64,000 nt of DNA from an uncultured Anaeroplasmataceae bacterium (GCA_910579215.1 CAJTTN010000006.1:57376-121375); one strand, 5' to 3'. Shown: positions 9,949 through 20,245, counted from the first letter of the stretch. Program-made: numbers and translations. Notes: generated by a model not told the origin, from the sequence alone.

Positions 9949-10965
9949 ATGATTAAATTAGCAATAGATGCCAATGGTGGCGATTATGGTGTAAATACTA
10001 CGGTACTTGGTAGTATGATGGCCATTCAAAAATTTAAGGATTTAGAAATAATACTATATGGAGATGAGGATAAAATAAAGCCTCTTTTGAAGGATTCCAC
10101 AAGAATTCAAATTGTACATACTCCTGAAGTAATTCCTATGGGAGAGCATGATCCAGTTAAAGCAATACGTACTCTAAAGAATGCTTCCTTATGTTTAGCA
10201 ATGAAAGCTTGTAAAAATGGAGATGCCGATGCTTGTGTGACAAGCGGTCCTACACAATGTGTTGTTGTAGGGGCTCATTTGTTAGTTCGTAGATTACCTC
10301 AAATGGAAAGAGTTGCGTTATGTCCTTTTGTTCCAAATTTGGATGGGCATCCAAGATTGTTATTGGATGTTGGAGCTAATGTGGAATTAAGAAAGGAGCA
10401 TTTAGGTAGCTTAGCCATTTTTGCCTCCGTTGTTTCAAAAGAGGTTTTAAAGGTTCAAGAGCCTAAAGTGGGATTGCTTAATATTGGATCAGAGCCTGGT
10501 AAAGGTAGGGAAATTGAAAAAGAAGCCTATGATTACCTGAATGACTTAAAGGAAATTAATTTTTATGGAAATATTGAACCTACAGAGATGATAAATTGTC
10601 CATGTGATGTTGTTGTTACGGATGGATTTTCAGGTAATATTTGCTTGAAATCCATTGAAGGAACTGCAAAGGGGATGGCTACTATGCTATCCGAAGAAAT
10701 CAAATCCTCCTTGGGTGGAAAAATAGGCTATTTATTTATGCGTAAAAATTTAAAAAGATTTAAAAAGCGTATGAGTACTAAGGAGGTTGGAGGTGCTATG
10801 CTATTTGGTCTTTCAAAGATTGTAGTAAAAGCACATGGTAACTCAGATCCTTTTGCTTACTTTCATGCCATACGCTTAGCCTATGAAATGGCTTCTGCTA
10901 AAATCATAGAAAAGGTAGTAGAAAAATTGCCTAAATTTGAGGAGAAGAATGAAGAAACGATATAG
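9949..10965 (+). CDS. plsX: Phosphate acyltransferase PlsX
   Basis: MIKLAIDANGGDYGV N-terminus and overall PlsX architecture; 338 aa. Confidence 0.85.
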   Translation: MIKLAIDANGGDYGVNTTVLGSMMAIQKFKDLEIILYGDEDKIKPLLKDSTRIQIVHTPEVIPMGEHDPVKAIRTLKNASLCLAMKACKNGDADACVTSGPTQCVVVGAHLLVRRLPQMERVALCPFVPNLDGHPRLLLDVGANVELRKEHLGSLAIFASVVSKEVLKVQEPKVGLLNIGSEPGKGREIEKEAYDYLNDLKEINFYGNIEPTEMINCPCDVVVTDGFSGNICLKSIEGTAKGMATMLSEEIKSSLGGKIGYLFMRKNLKRFKKRMSTKEVGGAMLFGLSKIVVKAHGNSDPFAYFHAIRLAYEMASAKIIEKVVEKLPKFEEKNEETI

Positions 10966-11704
10966 AGTTTTAATATATATTGGATTAATTTTATATGTTA
11001 TTGGTGGATTTTTACTTACGGCGTATACAAAAAATATTATCTATATTATTATTGTATTTGCTAGTTTTTTCGTCCTAGCAATTTTGGCAACTCCTTTATA
11101 TATTATTAGAATTCGAAAGGAATTTAAAAGACAAGAAAAACTCTCTGTTGATGAGGCTATTGAGGAAATTAACGATAAAGAGGGATACAATCAATTGGAA
11201 TATAGTGTGCATCAAATCAAATCTGTGGTCGATACCTGGAAGCTTAGCAGTAAGGCTGATATTATAAAAGGTCTATTGTTTTTGATTTTCTTTATAGGTT
11301 GTATAATTGCTTTTGTCATCTTTATGTCTATGGAGAAGTTTGTTCTTGGGATTGTATTTTTTTGCTTGGCGGTAGGAGAAATTTTATGTGCTTTTATTGT
11401 GGTAAAGATTTTGGAAACGAAAGCCATTCTTCCTAAGAAAAAGGAAAAGCTTAGAAATGATATTGCTGTTGTGTTAGGCACAACAATATCAAGTCAATCC
11501 TCTACAGGAAATAGACATCATACTATTGGAGATACTACCTATAAGGTGTTTCTAAAAATAGGGGATCAAAGATTTGTTACTTATAGCAAAGAATATTATG
11601 AAATTGGAGATAAACTAAGGGTTTGTATAAATATAAAGAATGCGAAAAAAGTTTATATCGTAGAAAAAATAAAGGATATAGTAGATATTGAAGAAAATTT
11701 TTAG
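10949..11704 (+). CDS. Hypothetical 4-TM membrane protein with a C-terminal soluble domain
   Basis: Hydrophobic helices; RBS ggagaag before the ATG at 10949; occupies the position where fabD/fabG/acpP sit in Bacillus. Confidence 0.5.
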   Translation: MKKRYRVLIYIGLILYVIGGFLLTAYTKNIIYIIIVFASFFVLAILATPLYIIRIRKEFKRQEKLSVDEAIEEINDKEGYNQLEYSVHQIKSVVDTWKLSSKADIIKGLLFLIFFIGCIIAFVIFMSMEKFVLGIVFFCLAVGEILCAFIVVKILETKAILPKKKEKLRNDIAVVLGTTISSQSSTGNRHHTIGDTTYKVFLKIGDQRFVTYSKEYYEIGDKLRVCINIKNAKKVYIVEKIKDIVDIEENF

Positions 11705-11707
11705 GAG

Positions 11708-12382
11708 ATGATAAAGATGGATTTATCCGAATTAGAAAATAAATTGCAGTATCAATTTCATAATCTTGATTTATTAAAGACAGCTTTAACACATTCCTCT
11801 TATGCAAATGAGCATGGAGTGGAATGTAATGAACGACTAGAGTATTTAGGAGACGCAGTTTTACAGCTATGCATGTCATATTTTTTGTATCAAAATCTTC
11901 ATTTGGATGAAGGAGCATTATCTAAGACAAGAGCAAAGGCTGTATGTGAGGAAGCACTAAATATTTATGCGGAAAAATTAGATCTTTCCCAATATTTATC
12001 CTTGGGAAATGGTGAGGAGCATAGCGGTGGACGTAATCGACCTGCTATTATAGCTGATGCCTTTGAGGCGATGCTTGGAGCTATTCTTTTAGATTCTAAT
12101 TTTGAGGTAGTTTATAAAATATTTAATCATATTGTTCTTCCCTATAAGGATATAGTTTTAAAATTTAAGGATTATAAGTCTACGTTTCAGGAAAAGGTTC
12201 AAGCAGATAAGCGAACACTTCATTATGAAATAGTTCATGAGGAAGGACCAGCGAATGATAAAACCTATGAGGCAGTTGTTTATATGGATGATATTTTAAT
12301 GGGACGTGGAAGAGGTAAAACAAAGAAAGAAGCAGAACAAAATGCTGCAAAAGAGGCTTTAAAGAAGGAAGCAAGAAGCTGA
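11708..12382 (+). CDS. rnc: Ribonuclease III
   Basis: RNase III signature ERLEYLGDAVL; C-terminal dsRBD; 224 aa. Confidence 0.85.
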   Translation: MIKMDLSELENKLQYQFHNLDLLKTALTHSSYANEHGVECNERLEYLGDAVLQLCMSYFLYQNLHLDEGALSKTRAKAVCEEALNIYAEKLDLSQYLSLGNGEEHSGGRNRPAIIADAFEAMLGAILLDSNFEVVYKIFNHIVLPYKDIVLKFKDYKSTFQEKVQADKRTLHYEIVHEEGPANDKTYEAVVYMDDILMGRGRGKTKKEAEQNAAKEALKKEARS

Positions 12383-12412
12383 ATCCTTTCATATAATACA
12401 TTGGTGATGTAT

Positions 12413-13042
12413 ATGCAAATGGCCATTATTGGTATTTGTGGAAAGATGGGAAGCAATGTATATGAATATTATAAAGAGGAATTTGATATTGTAGGTATAG
12501 ATGTTAAGCAGCATCCTAAGGTTAAAACGTTTCATTCTGCTAAAGAAATTTTAGATAAGGTAGATGTTGTTGTAGATTTCTCTTCTCCAGATGCCTATGA
12601 GCTGTTGATAGAGTCTATGAATTTAGGGTGTCCTATTCTAAGTGGTACAACGGGCTATAGCTTTGCTCAAATTGAGCAGCTTTATGAGCTTGCAAAGCAA
12701 AAGGAAATTTCTTTTTTGTGGAAAGCAAACTATGCTAAAGGAATAGATTTATTTACTAAGCTACTGAAGGAGTGTCATAAGGAGTTTGAAATTTTAGATT
12801 TTGTAGAAATTCATGCTACGTCAAAGAAAGATGCACCTAGTGGAACAGCAAAGGTTTTAGCCCGTAGCTTAAATATATCAGAAGATAAAATCCAATCCTT
12901 ACGATTAAATCAGGCGCCTGCAATTCATGAAATTATCTTTTCCTCTTTGGATGAACGTGTTTATCTACGTCATGAAATTTTAAATAAAAAAGCCTTTTTA
13001 ACTGGATTTGATGAGGAATTAAGGAAAAGACTTAGGAGTTGA
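12413..13042 (+). CDS. dapB: 4-hydroxy-tetrahydrodipicolinate reductase (DapB)-like, short form
   Basis: N-terminal Rossmann MAIIGICGKMGS; DapB motif EIHATSKKDAPSGTA. Confidence 0.55.
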   Translation: MQMAIIGICGKMGSNVYEYYKEEFDIVGIDVKQHPKVKTFHSAKEILDKVDVVVDFSSPDAYELLIESMNLGCPILSGTTGYSFAQIEQLYELAKQKEISFLWKANYAKGIDLFTKLLKECHKEFEILDFVEIHATSKKDAPSGTAKVLARSLNISEDKIQSLRLNQAPAIHEIIFSSLDERVYLRHEILNKKAFLTGFDEELRKRLRS

Positions 13043-13647
13043 TGTATATGTTAGAAAAACTATATAAAAAGGGATATTTGAATTATGAGAAGCTTATTTT
13101 AGAAAATGCCAAGGCATTAGGTCTAAATGCAGAAGAAGGTTTTTTATTAATTCATATTTTAAAGAATTATTTGATAACAAATACATTAGCTATTTCTGAT
13201 ATAGCAAAGCAGGTATTGCTTACCCCTGCAAAGCTGGACAAGCTTATTGCCTCCTTAATGGAGCGAGGATATTATGAGGTTTATTTATCCTATGATAATG
13301 GGAAGGGAACAGAATGTATTTCTTTTCAACCTTTGTTTAAGAAATTAGAATATCTTTTAGAACAAAAAACAGTACCTGATACTTATAATATAGAAAAAAC
13401 AATACAGTACATTACAGCTAAAATGAATCGAGTGTTGATTGCATCTGAATTAGAAGCTTTACAGAGTCTTATGATGGAGGATCGTTATTCCTATGATCAA
13501 ATTGCTGCAGTGGTGGATTCTATTATTGCTTCTAAAAAAACTTTATCTATGAAAAGTATTTTACAGGGACTTTCTAATAAAGTATATGATGTTCATCCAT
13601 CTAAGGAGGCACCCCAAGCCTTTAAGGATTTTATAAAGAGGATATAA
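13039..13647 (+). CDS. dnaD: DnaD-like replication initiation/membrane attachment protein
   Basis: LGLNAEEGFLLIHIL resembles the B. subtilis DnaD N-terminus; lies directly upstream of nth as in Bacillus. Confidence 0.6.
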   Translation: MMYMLEKLYKKGYLNYEKLILENAKALGLNAEEGFLLIHILKNYLITNTLAISDIAKQVLLTPAKLDKLIASLMERGYYEVYLSYDNGKGTECISFQPLFKKLEYLLEQKTVPDTYNIEKTIQYITAKMNRVLIASELEALQSLMMEDRYSYDQIAAVVDSIIASKKTLSMKSILQGLSNKVYDVHPSKEAPQAFKDFIKRI

Positions 13648-13649
13648 AT

Positions 13650-14279
13650 ATGAATCAAGTGTGTTCTAATGAAATTTTAAATGAAATACGTAAAATTATC
13701 CCTAATCCAAAATGTGAGCTTAAGTATTCTAATTTATTTGAATTACTTTGTGCAGTTATGATTTCTAGTCAGACGACAGATAAGCGTGTGAATCAAGTAA
13801 CACCAACTTTATTTTTAAAATATCCTACGCCTCAGGCTTTATCCATGGCAAAGTATGAAGAGGTTTATGAGATTATTCAATCCTTGGGCTTTGCTAAAAT
13901 GAAAGCAAAAAATCTAATTGCAATGGCTAATCGCCTACATACAGTTTATAAGGATGAGGTTCCTAAAACCTTAGAGGAGCTTCAAACCTTAAATGGTGTA
14001 GGAAGAAAGACTGCCAGTGTCATATTAGCAGAAGGATATAAAATTCCTGCCATGCCAGTAGATACTCATCTAGAGCGTATGGCAAAGCGTTTTGGGTATA
14101 CAGATGAAACAGCAACTGTAGTGGAAGCAGAAGCAGCATATCGCAAATATATACCTGAAGAGGAATGGATTGAGGCCCATCATCTTTTGTTATTGTTTGG
14201 AAGGTATTATTGTAAAGCCTTGCATCCTGCATGTGACTCCTGTACATTAAAAAAATATTGTAATAAAATTGATAAGTAG
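13650..14279 (+). CDS. nth: Endonuclease III (DNA glycosylase/AP lyase)
   Basis: HhH-GPD motif LNGVGRKTASVIL; C-terminal 4Fe-4S Cys cluster C..C..C..C. Confidence 0.85.
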   Translation: MNQVCSNEILNEIRKIIPNPKCELKYSNLFELLCAVMISSQTTDKRVNQVTPTLFLKYPTPQALSMAKYEEVYEIIQSLGFAKMKAKNLIAMANRLHTVYKDEVPKTLEELQTLNGVGRKTASVILAEGYKIPAMPVDTHLERMAKRFGYTDETATVVEAEAAYRKYIPEEEWIEAHHLLLLFGRYYCKALHPACDSCTLKKYCNKIDK

Positions 14280-14335
14280 AAGAGGATTCTACTTTTTTTT
14301 CTCTTAATAGGTGATATGCTCATATTGGTGATTTT

Positions 14336-14509
14336 ATGAAAGCAAAATTATTTGATTTTGAGCATGAGGCTGATTTAGAAGAGGCCTTGAATAAATTTTT
14401 TTCCGAGCATCCGAAAATGGAGATAAAGAACATATCCTACCAAACCAGCCATTTTGCTATCAATGGAGAACAAATTTATTCTTTTTCCTGTTTATTGGTT
14501 TATAAGTAA
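14336..14509 (+). CDS. Small 57-aa protein (Cse60-like), not present in the ORF track
   Basis: MKAKLFDFEHEADLEEALNKFF...NGEQIYSFSCLLVYK; ATG at 14336, stop at 14507-14509. Confidence 0.35.
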   Translation: MKAKLFDFEHEADLEEALNKFFSEHPKMEIKNISYQTSHFAINGEQIYSFSCLLVYK

Positions 14510-14619
14510 AATAAATTCAATAAAAAATTATTATTTTATCAAAACTTTTTTTCTTTTCTTCCCAATTTAATCAAGATATAATAGAAGTGCTAAAAAAGTG
14601 GGTAAAAAGGAGAATAAAA

Positions 14620-15801
14620 ATGAAGAAAAATATTTTTATTGATGAAATAAAACGTAGAGGAAAAGTAGATGAAAATGCCTATAGTATGATAGGGACAGAG
14701 TTAAAAAGAGTTAGAACAAGTCAATCTCAAACCCTATCTTCTATTGCAGGTGATTTATGTTCAGTATCCTATTTATGTAAAATAGAAAAGGCACAGTTAA
14801 AGCCAAATCGATACATGTTAAATGAGATATGTAAAAAATTGCATTTAGAATCTCCTAAATTAGATTTATTATTTGAATTAAAGAACTTGTTATTAAAACT
14901 TGTAAAATATTACTATGCAAGAGATTTTGAAGAAGTAAAAAAACTTTATGAGACCTGTAAGGATTTAGATAATTATAGAACCAAGCTTATTTTCTTAATC
15001 TATTATATAACCTTTTATATGCTTCAAGAGGCAAATGAGGTTTCAAAGGAATTGTTCAAAATAACTAGCGAAATGCTAGATGATGAGCTTAGTATATTTT
15101 TAGTTTTTTATTCTATTCTGAAATATTATGATGAATGTTATAATGAAACCATTGATAATCTTAAGCAGCTAAGCTCTATATATTATCTTGATGATACCTT
15201 AGGAAAAATAGCCTCTGTCCTGTGTTTGGAGTGCTATGTTAAAATCAATAGTCCAATGACCTTGCTTCATAGTCAAAAGCTTTTAGATTTGTTTTTAAAA
15301 TCATCTGAATTCTCAAAGGCTGAGTATGTTCGATATTTACAAACATTATATATGATTCATAATTCAATGCTTGAAAGTGCTGTTGTAGAGCTAGAATTTA
15401 TCAAGGATAAAGAATTTAAAAATACATTAGAGTTTTATTATGATATTAAAAATCAAACTCTACAAAATAAAGAGCATTATAAAAATTTACGACCCTTTGC
15501 AAGACTCATCTATATTCACTTGTTTGAGCCGAAAAAATATATAGAGGCATTTTTTAATCAAAATAAAAATGATTTTTATATGTGTGATTTTAGCTATAAT
15601 ATTGCAAACTATTTTACTTTTAGTGATGATAAGGAAAGGTATAAGGAATTAACGGATGTAATCATCCCTAATATATTGCAGACAAAGGATTATATTGATA
15701 AGCTCTTTTTTTTACGTGAATTTTGTCGAATTAGCAAGAAATATGGGAGATACAAATGCTTTTGTAACGCATATTCAGATTTAGAGGGAGAAATTTTATA
15801 A
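14620..15801 (+). CDS. XRE-family HTH regulator with a long helical (TPR-like) C-terminal domain, RNPP/Rgg-like
   Basis: HTH_XRE IGTELKRVRTSQSQTLSSIAGDLCSVSYLCKIEKA; ~390 aa helical C-terminus; RBS aaaggag before the ATG at 14620; stop overlaps the next ORF start (ATAATG). Confidence 0.6.
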   Translation: MKKNIFIDEIKRRGKVDENAYSMIGTELKRVRTSQSQTLSSIAGDLCSVSYLCKIEKAQLKPNRYMLNEICKKLHLESPKLDLLFELKNLLLKLVKYYYARDFEEVKKLYETCKDLDNYRTKLIFLIYYITFYMLQEANEVSKELFKITSEMLDDELSIFLVFYSILKYYDECYNETIDNLKQLSSIYYLDDTLGKIASVLCLECYVKINSPMTLLHSQKLLDLFLKSSEFSKAEYVRYLQTLYMIHNSMLESAVVELEFIKDKEFKNTLEFYYDIKNQTLQNKEHYKNLRPFARLIYIHLFEPKKYIEAFFNQNKNDFYMCDFSYNIANYFTFSDDKERYKELTDVIIPNILQTKDYIDKLFFLREFCRISKKYGRYKCFCNAYSDLEGEIL

Positions 15802-17243
15802 TGAAAAAACTTTTATGTTTATTGATATTTTTACCTTTATTATCCTCAATAAAGGCTAATGCTTCCAATTGGAAGTTTATATGGGATGATACAACTACCA
15901 CTATAGAAATTCCTTTAGGAGATAATCTACAAAGCTACATTTTCACTCCAAAGGCAACCTTATATAGGGATGGAATTCCATTAGAGGATGCAGAAATTCA
16001 CTATGTGAGAACGGGAGACTGGCTATATTTATTGACAGATGTTGATACGCATAAAGAAGGGGAATATTTTGTTTGGTATAAAGCTACAGAACAAAAATAT
16101 AAGCCTGGACAATGTCAAGGATATAAAGTGTTAATTACTTTTAAAGTTGTTGATCAAACCAAGCCTGTCATTTTGGAATGTCCCTCAGAGGTAACGTATT
16201 GGATTGGAACGCCTATACCAGATTACAGTGCACTTATTATAGCTACTGATAATAGTGGATTTTGTGAAAAAGAAACAGATTTATCTTTGGTTAACTTTGT
16301 AATACCTGGAGAATATCAAGCCATTGCTCGAGCCAAGGATCGCCATTTTATTACGGAGCAATCTTTCACAATTTTTGTGAAGGATCCTATTGGACCAGTT
16401 GTAACCTTTTTAGGAGAAAACAAAAGAATTATACTTCCTAAAGGAGAGCCTCCTAGTTTGATTTCTTACTTTAAAGCTATAGATAAAACAGATGGAGATG
16501 TGACAGACTCCATTTCATATCCTGATTTTTCTACAGATGAGGAACAAAGCTTTGAACTTGAAGTTTCTTTTTCAGACAAGAATCAAAATATATCAAAAAT
16601 TAAAGTTTGGATAGAAATTGTTGATCAAGATGAAATCGTTATTGAACTATATAAATCCACCTTACTTTTAGAATTTAATAGTAATTTTGAAGAAGCCATC
16701 TTAAACAATATAAAAAGAGCAACGCATGGTAATATAAATATTTTTGATGAAATAAAAATAGATAGTGCGAAATTAGAAAATAAGGTAGGTAGCTATAAAG
16801 TTTTTTATCTTTATCAGCAACAGGATAAATTTAAAAAAATTGAATGTGAAGTCAAGGTGTTAGCTAGTCAGGCTCCAGTTTTATTAGTTGAAAATATAAC
16901 GACTAAGCTAAATGAAAAAGTAAATATTTTATCCTACATTATTGCGCAAGATCCTTCTGATGAAGAAATAGATAGAAAGGTAGAATATGATGACAGCCTA
17001 GTAGATTATACGAAACCTGGGGTGTATCCTGTTCGGATAAGTGTTACTAATTCATCTGGTCTATCCACAAGTGAAACACTTTTAGTTACAGTCTTTGAAG
17101 ATACCCAATCCAAATGGGAGCAAGTTCAGCCAATATATTATCTTCCAATGATTCTAGGTAGCTTAGGAATTATAGGTGGAGTTGTGTTATTTTTGTATAT
17201 AAAGAAAAAGAGAAATTGCAAAGCTGAGGAAAATCAACTATAA
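15801..17243 (+). CDS. Secreted, C-terminally membrane-anchored surface protein of unknown function
   Basis: Signal peptide MKKLLCLLIFLPLLSSIKANAS; C-terminal TM LPMILGSLGIIGGVVLFLYI followed by KKKRNCK. Confidence 0.55.
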   Translation: MKKLLCLLIFLPLLSSIKANASNWKFIWDDTTTTIEIPLGDNLQSYIFTPKATLYRDGIPLEDAEIHYVRTGDWLYLLTDVDTHKEGEYFVWYKATEQKYKPGQCQGYKVLITFKVVDQTKPVILECPSEVTYWIGTPIPDYSALIIATDNSGFCEKETDLSLVNFVIPGEYQAIARAKDRHFITEQSFTIFVKDPIGPVVTFLGENKRIILPKGEPPSLISYFKAIDKTDGDVTDSISYPDFSTDEEQSFELEVSFSDKNQNISKIKVWIEIVDQDEIVIELYKSTLLLEFNSNFEEAILNNIKRATHGNINIFDEIKIDSAKLENKVGSYKVFYLYQQQDKFKKIECEVKVLASQAPVLLVENITTKLNEKVNILSYIIAQDPSDEEIDRKVEYDDSLVDYTKPGVYPVRISVTNSSGLSTSETLLVTVFEDTQSKWEQVQPIYYLPMILGSLGIIGGVVLFLYIKKKRNCKAEENQL

Positions 17244-17278
17244 TATAAGAAAGTATTTATAGAATAGGGGTGCAGCTA

Positions 17279-20215
17279 ATGAAGGGCTTTTTATATGGTC
17301 AAACAGAATATAATTTATTAAATAATTCTATTCATTTAAAGGATTATATAGAGGCTGCTAAGGCTGCCAATTTTACTTTTCTTTCAATGACTGATAAATA
17401 TATGTATGGTAGCTATAAATTTTATCAGGAGTGTGTGAAAAATAATCTTAGTCCTATTATAGGTATTGAAATCGAATATATGGATGAGGATAGTCTTATC
17501 AGCAAGCTTTTAGCCTATGCTATGAATGAGGAAGGATACAAGAATTTATTGAAAATAAGTTCCTTTCTAGCTATAAATGAAAAACCTTTTGGATTGGATT
17601 TTCTTTCCTCCTACAAATCAGGTTTATCCTTTATAATGGTATTTAATGAGTCCATATTAGAAAGGTATCTGTATTCCAAGGCAACGAATGAACTGAAAAA
17701 TAAACTTATAAGCTTAAATCAAAGTTTTTCCTTTTATGTGGGATATTCCTATACAAATCGTTTGGATCGATTAAATGAGAATCAAAGCATATGCAAAATA
17801 GCTTTGGAGTTAGGTGTAAAAACTATTCCTTTGCATAATTGTCGATATTTGATTGAAGAGGACATTCAGGTTTATGAGGCTTTAACTCAAATAGGTGGAC
17901 ATGCTAAAGAAATTAAGGATTATGAAGATTATAGCTTTGATAATCACCCGTTAATAACAGAAGAGCTTACTAATTTTATTAATCAAATTCACTTGAATTT
18001 GTATCCTAAAAAATTTTATTTGCCCTCTTATCCGAATACAAAAGGAGAAAGTGCCATATCCTATTTAAATGCTTTATGTGCAAAGGGACTATACCGTCGA
18101 TGTCAAGGAAGAGTAAAACCAGAATATCAAAATAGATTAAATTACGAGCTTTCTGTAATTGAAAAAATGGGATTTAGTGATTATTTTTTAATCGTTTGGG
18201 ATTTTATTCGTCATGCGAAAAAAAATAATATTTTGGTGGGTCCTGGTCGTGGTTCTGCGGCAGGCTCCTTAGTATCCTATTGCTTAGGCATCACGGATAT
18301 AGATCCTTTAAAATATGATTTATTGTTTGAAAGGTTTTTAAATCCAGAGCGTATTAGTATGCCAGATATTGATACAGATTTTCCTGATACTTACCGCGAT
18401 GAAATTATTCAATATGTTAACCAATTATATGGAGCTAAGCATGTATGCTACATTTCAGCTTTCAATACATTTCAAATTAAATCCTCTATTCGTGATTTAG
18501 GTAGAATTCAGAAGATTGATACCTCAAGATTAAATGAAATTATTCGTATGGTTGAAGCTAATCCTAATTATGACGAGCTTTTACAGCAATTTATTTCAAG
18601 ACCAGAGCTTTATAAATTTCTCTATATTATTCGTGGATTAGATGGGCTGCCAAGGCATATCTCTACCCATGCTGCTGGTATTATTATTTGTTCTACACCA
18701 CTAGATGACATTATCCCTTTACAGTTAGGCTTGAATCATGTTTATCAATCTCAATTTGAAGCTACAGATTTAGAAAAAATCGGTTTGTTAAAGATGGATT
18801 TTTTAGGAATTCGTAACCTGACTATAATTGATGAAATTCTTAAGAATATTCCAGATTTTACTATGGAAAGACTTAGGGCTATTCCCTTAAATGATAAAAA
18901 TACATTTACATTGTTACAAAAAGCAGATACACTAGGGGTATTTCAATTAGAATCTGAGGGGATTCGTCGTGTATTATTAAATTTAAAACCTGAACGATTT
19001 GATGATATAGTAGCTGTTTTAGCTTTATATCGACCAGGACCGATGGAGAATATTGATGAATTTATTGCAAGGCGACATGGTAAGCCATTTACTTATGAGC
19101 ATCCAGTTTTAGAGCCTATTTTAAAAAGTACTTATGGCATTATAGTTTATCAAGAACAAATTATGCAAATTGCTCAAAGTTTTGCTAATTTTACACTAGG
19201 TCAAGCTGATTTGCTACGAAGAGCAATTTCTAAAAAGGATGAAGCTCAGCTAAAGGCACAAGAAACAGCATTTCTTAATGGAGCTATGAATCGTGGGCAC
19301 TCTTTAGAAACAGCCAAGCAAATCTACAGATATTTCTTAAAATTTAATAACTATGGGTTCAATAAATCTCATGCTGTTGCGTATGGTTTGGTTTCCTATC
19401 AAATGGCCTATTTGAAAGCAAATTACTTTAAAATTTTCATTTCTAAAATATTGAATAATGTCATAGGTGCTACTAAAACTATGGTAAGCTATATTCAATA
19501 TGCTAAGGCACATCATGTTATAACCTATAAGCCGAATATAAATATTTCTACGAATCAATTTGAGGTAACAAAATTAGGGATGTTTATGCCCCTGCAGGCA
19601 ATTCATTCTATAGGAGAATCAACTACTCAAGAAATTGTTAGAGAAAGAAAGAAAAATGGTTTATTTAAAAACATTTCAGATTTAAGGGAACGTACAAATA
19701 TCAATGAATCCATAATGGAAGCATTAATTTATAGTGGAGCCTTAGATGGGTTTGGTATGACGAAAAAGCAAATGATAGAGGCTAAGGATTCATTGAATGA
19801 AATTTTTGCAAGACATTTAGAAGATAAAATTGAAGATGTGACAGAATTTGAGTTTTCCCATCTGCAAAAAATGGAATTACATTATTTGGGCTTTAATTTG
19901 TCTTATGACATATTCATAAATTTAGAGCCTTTACAAAGAAGCTTTCAAGCAGGATATTTAAATCAAAAAACGGGGCGTGCTATTGGCGCTTTTGAGGATT
20001 CTAAGCAAATCATGACAAAAAAGAATGAACCTATGCTTGTTGGTAAATTTAAAGATAGCTTTTCTGTTTTAAATGTTGTAATATTTCCTACGGAATATAA
20101 AAGGCTGCAGTTTGAAATAAAGGAGAATAAATTATATTGTATAGACTATACTATTCGGTTAGATGAAAAGACAAAAAAAGAACAGCTTATTATTAAAAAT
20201 GTGATAGAGTGCTAG
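17279..20215 (+). CDS. dnaE: DNA polymerase III alpha subunit (DnaE-type), compact, with degenerate PHP domain
   Basis: Pol III alpha palm/fingers motifs (PDIDTDF, GLLKMDFLGIRNLT, YRPGPM); 978-981 aa; the N-terminal PHP His ligands are replaced. Confidence 0.8.
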   Translation: MKGFLYGQTEYNLLNNSIHLKDYIEAAKAANFTFLSMTDKYMYGSYKFYQECVKNNLSPIIGIEIEYMDEDSLISKLLAYAMNEEGYKNLLKISSFLAINEKPFGLDFLSSYKSGLSFIMVFNESILERYLYSKATNELKNKLISLNQSFSFYVGYSYTNRLDRLNENQSICKIALELGVKTIPLHNCRYLIEEDIQVYEALTQIGGHAKEIKDYEDYSFDNHPLITEELTNFINQIHLNLYPKKFYLPSYPNTKGESAISYLNALCAKGLYRRCQGRVKPEYQNRLNYELSVIEKMGFSDYFLIVWDFIRHAKKNNILVGPGRGSAAGSLVSYCLGITDIDPLKYDLLFERFLNPERISMPDIDTDFPDTYRDEIIQYVNQLYGAKHVCYISAFNTFQIKSSIRDLGRIQKIDTSRLNEIIRMVEANPNYDELLQQFISRPELYKFLYIIRGLDGLPRHISTHAAGIIICSTPLDDIIPLQLGLNHVYQSQFEATDLEKIGLLKMDFLGIRNLTIIDEILKNIPDFTMERLRAIPLNDKNTFTLLQKADTLGVFQLESEGIRRVLLNLKPERFDDIVAVLALYRPGPMENIDEFIARRHGKPFTYEHPVLEPILKSTYGIIVYQEQIMQIAQSFANFTLGQADLLRRAISKKDEAQLKAQETAFLNGAMNRGHSLETAKQIYRYFLKFNNYGFNKSHAVAYGLVSYQMAYLKANYFKIFISKILNNVIGATKTMVSYIQYAKAHHVITYKPNINISTNQFEVTKLGMFMPLQAIHSIGESTTQEIVRERKKNGLFKNISDLRERTNINESIMEALIYSGALDGFGMTKKQMIEAKDSLNEIFARHLEDKIEDVTEFEFSHLQKMELHYLGFNLSYDIFINLEPLQRSFQAGYLNQKTGRAIGAFEDSKQIMTKKNEPMLVGKFKDSFSVLNVVIFPTEYKRLQFEIKENKLYCIDYTIRLDEKTKKEQLIIKNVIEC

Positions 20216-20245
20216 GCTCTATCATATTTTTAATTAGGTGATAAA

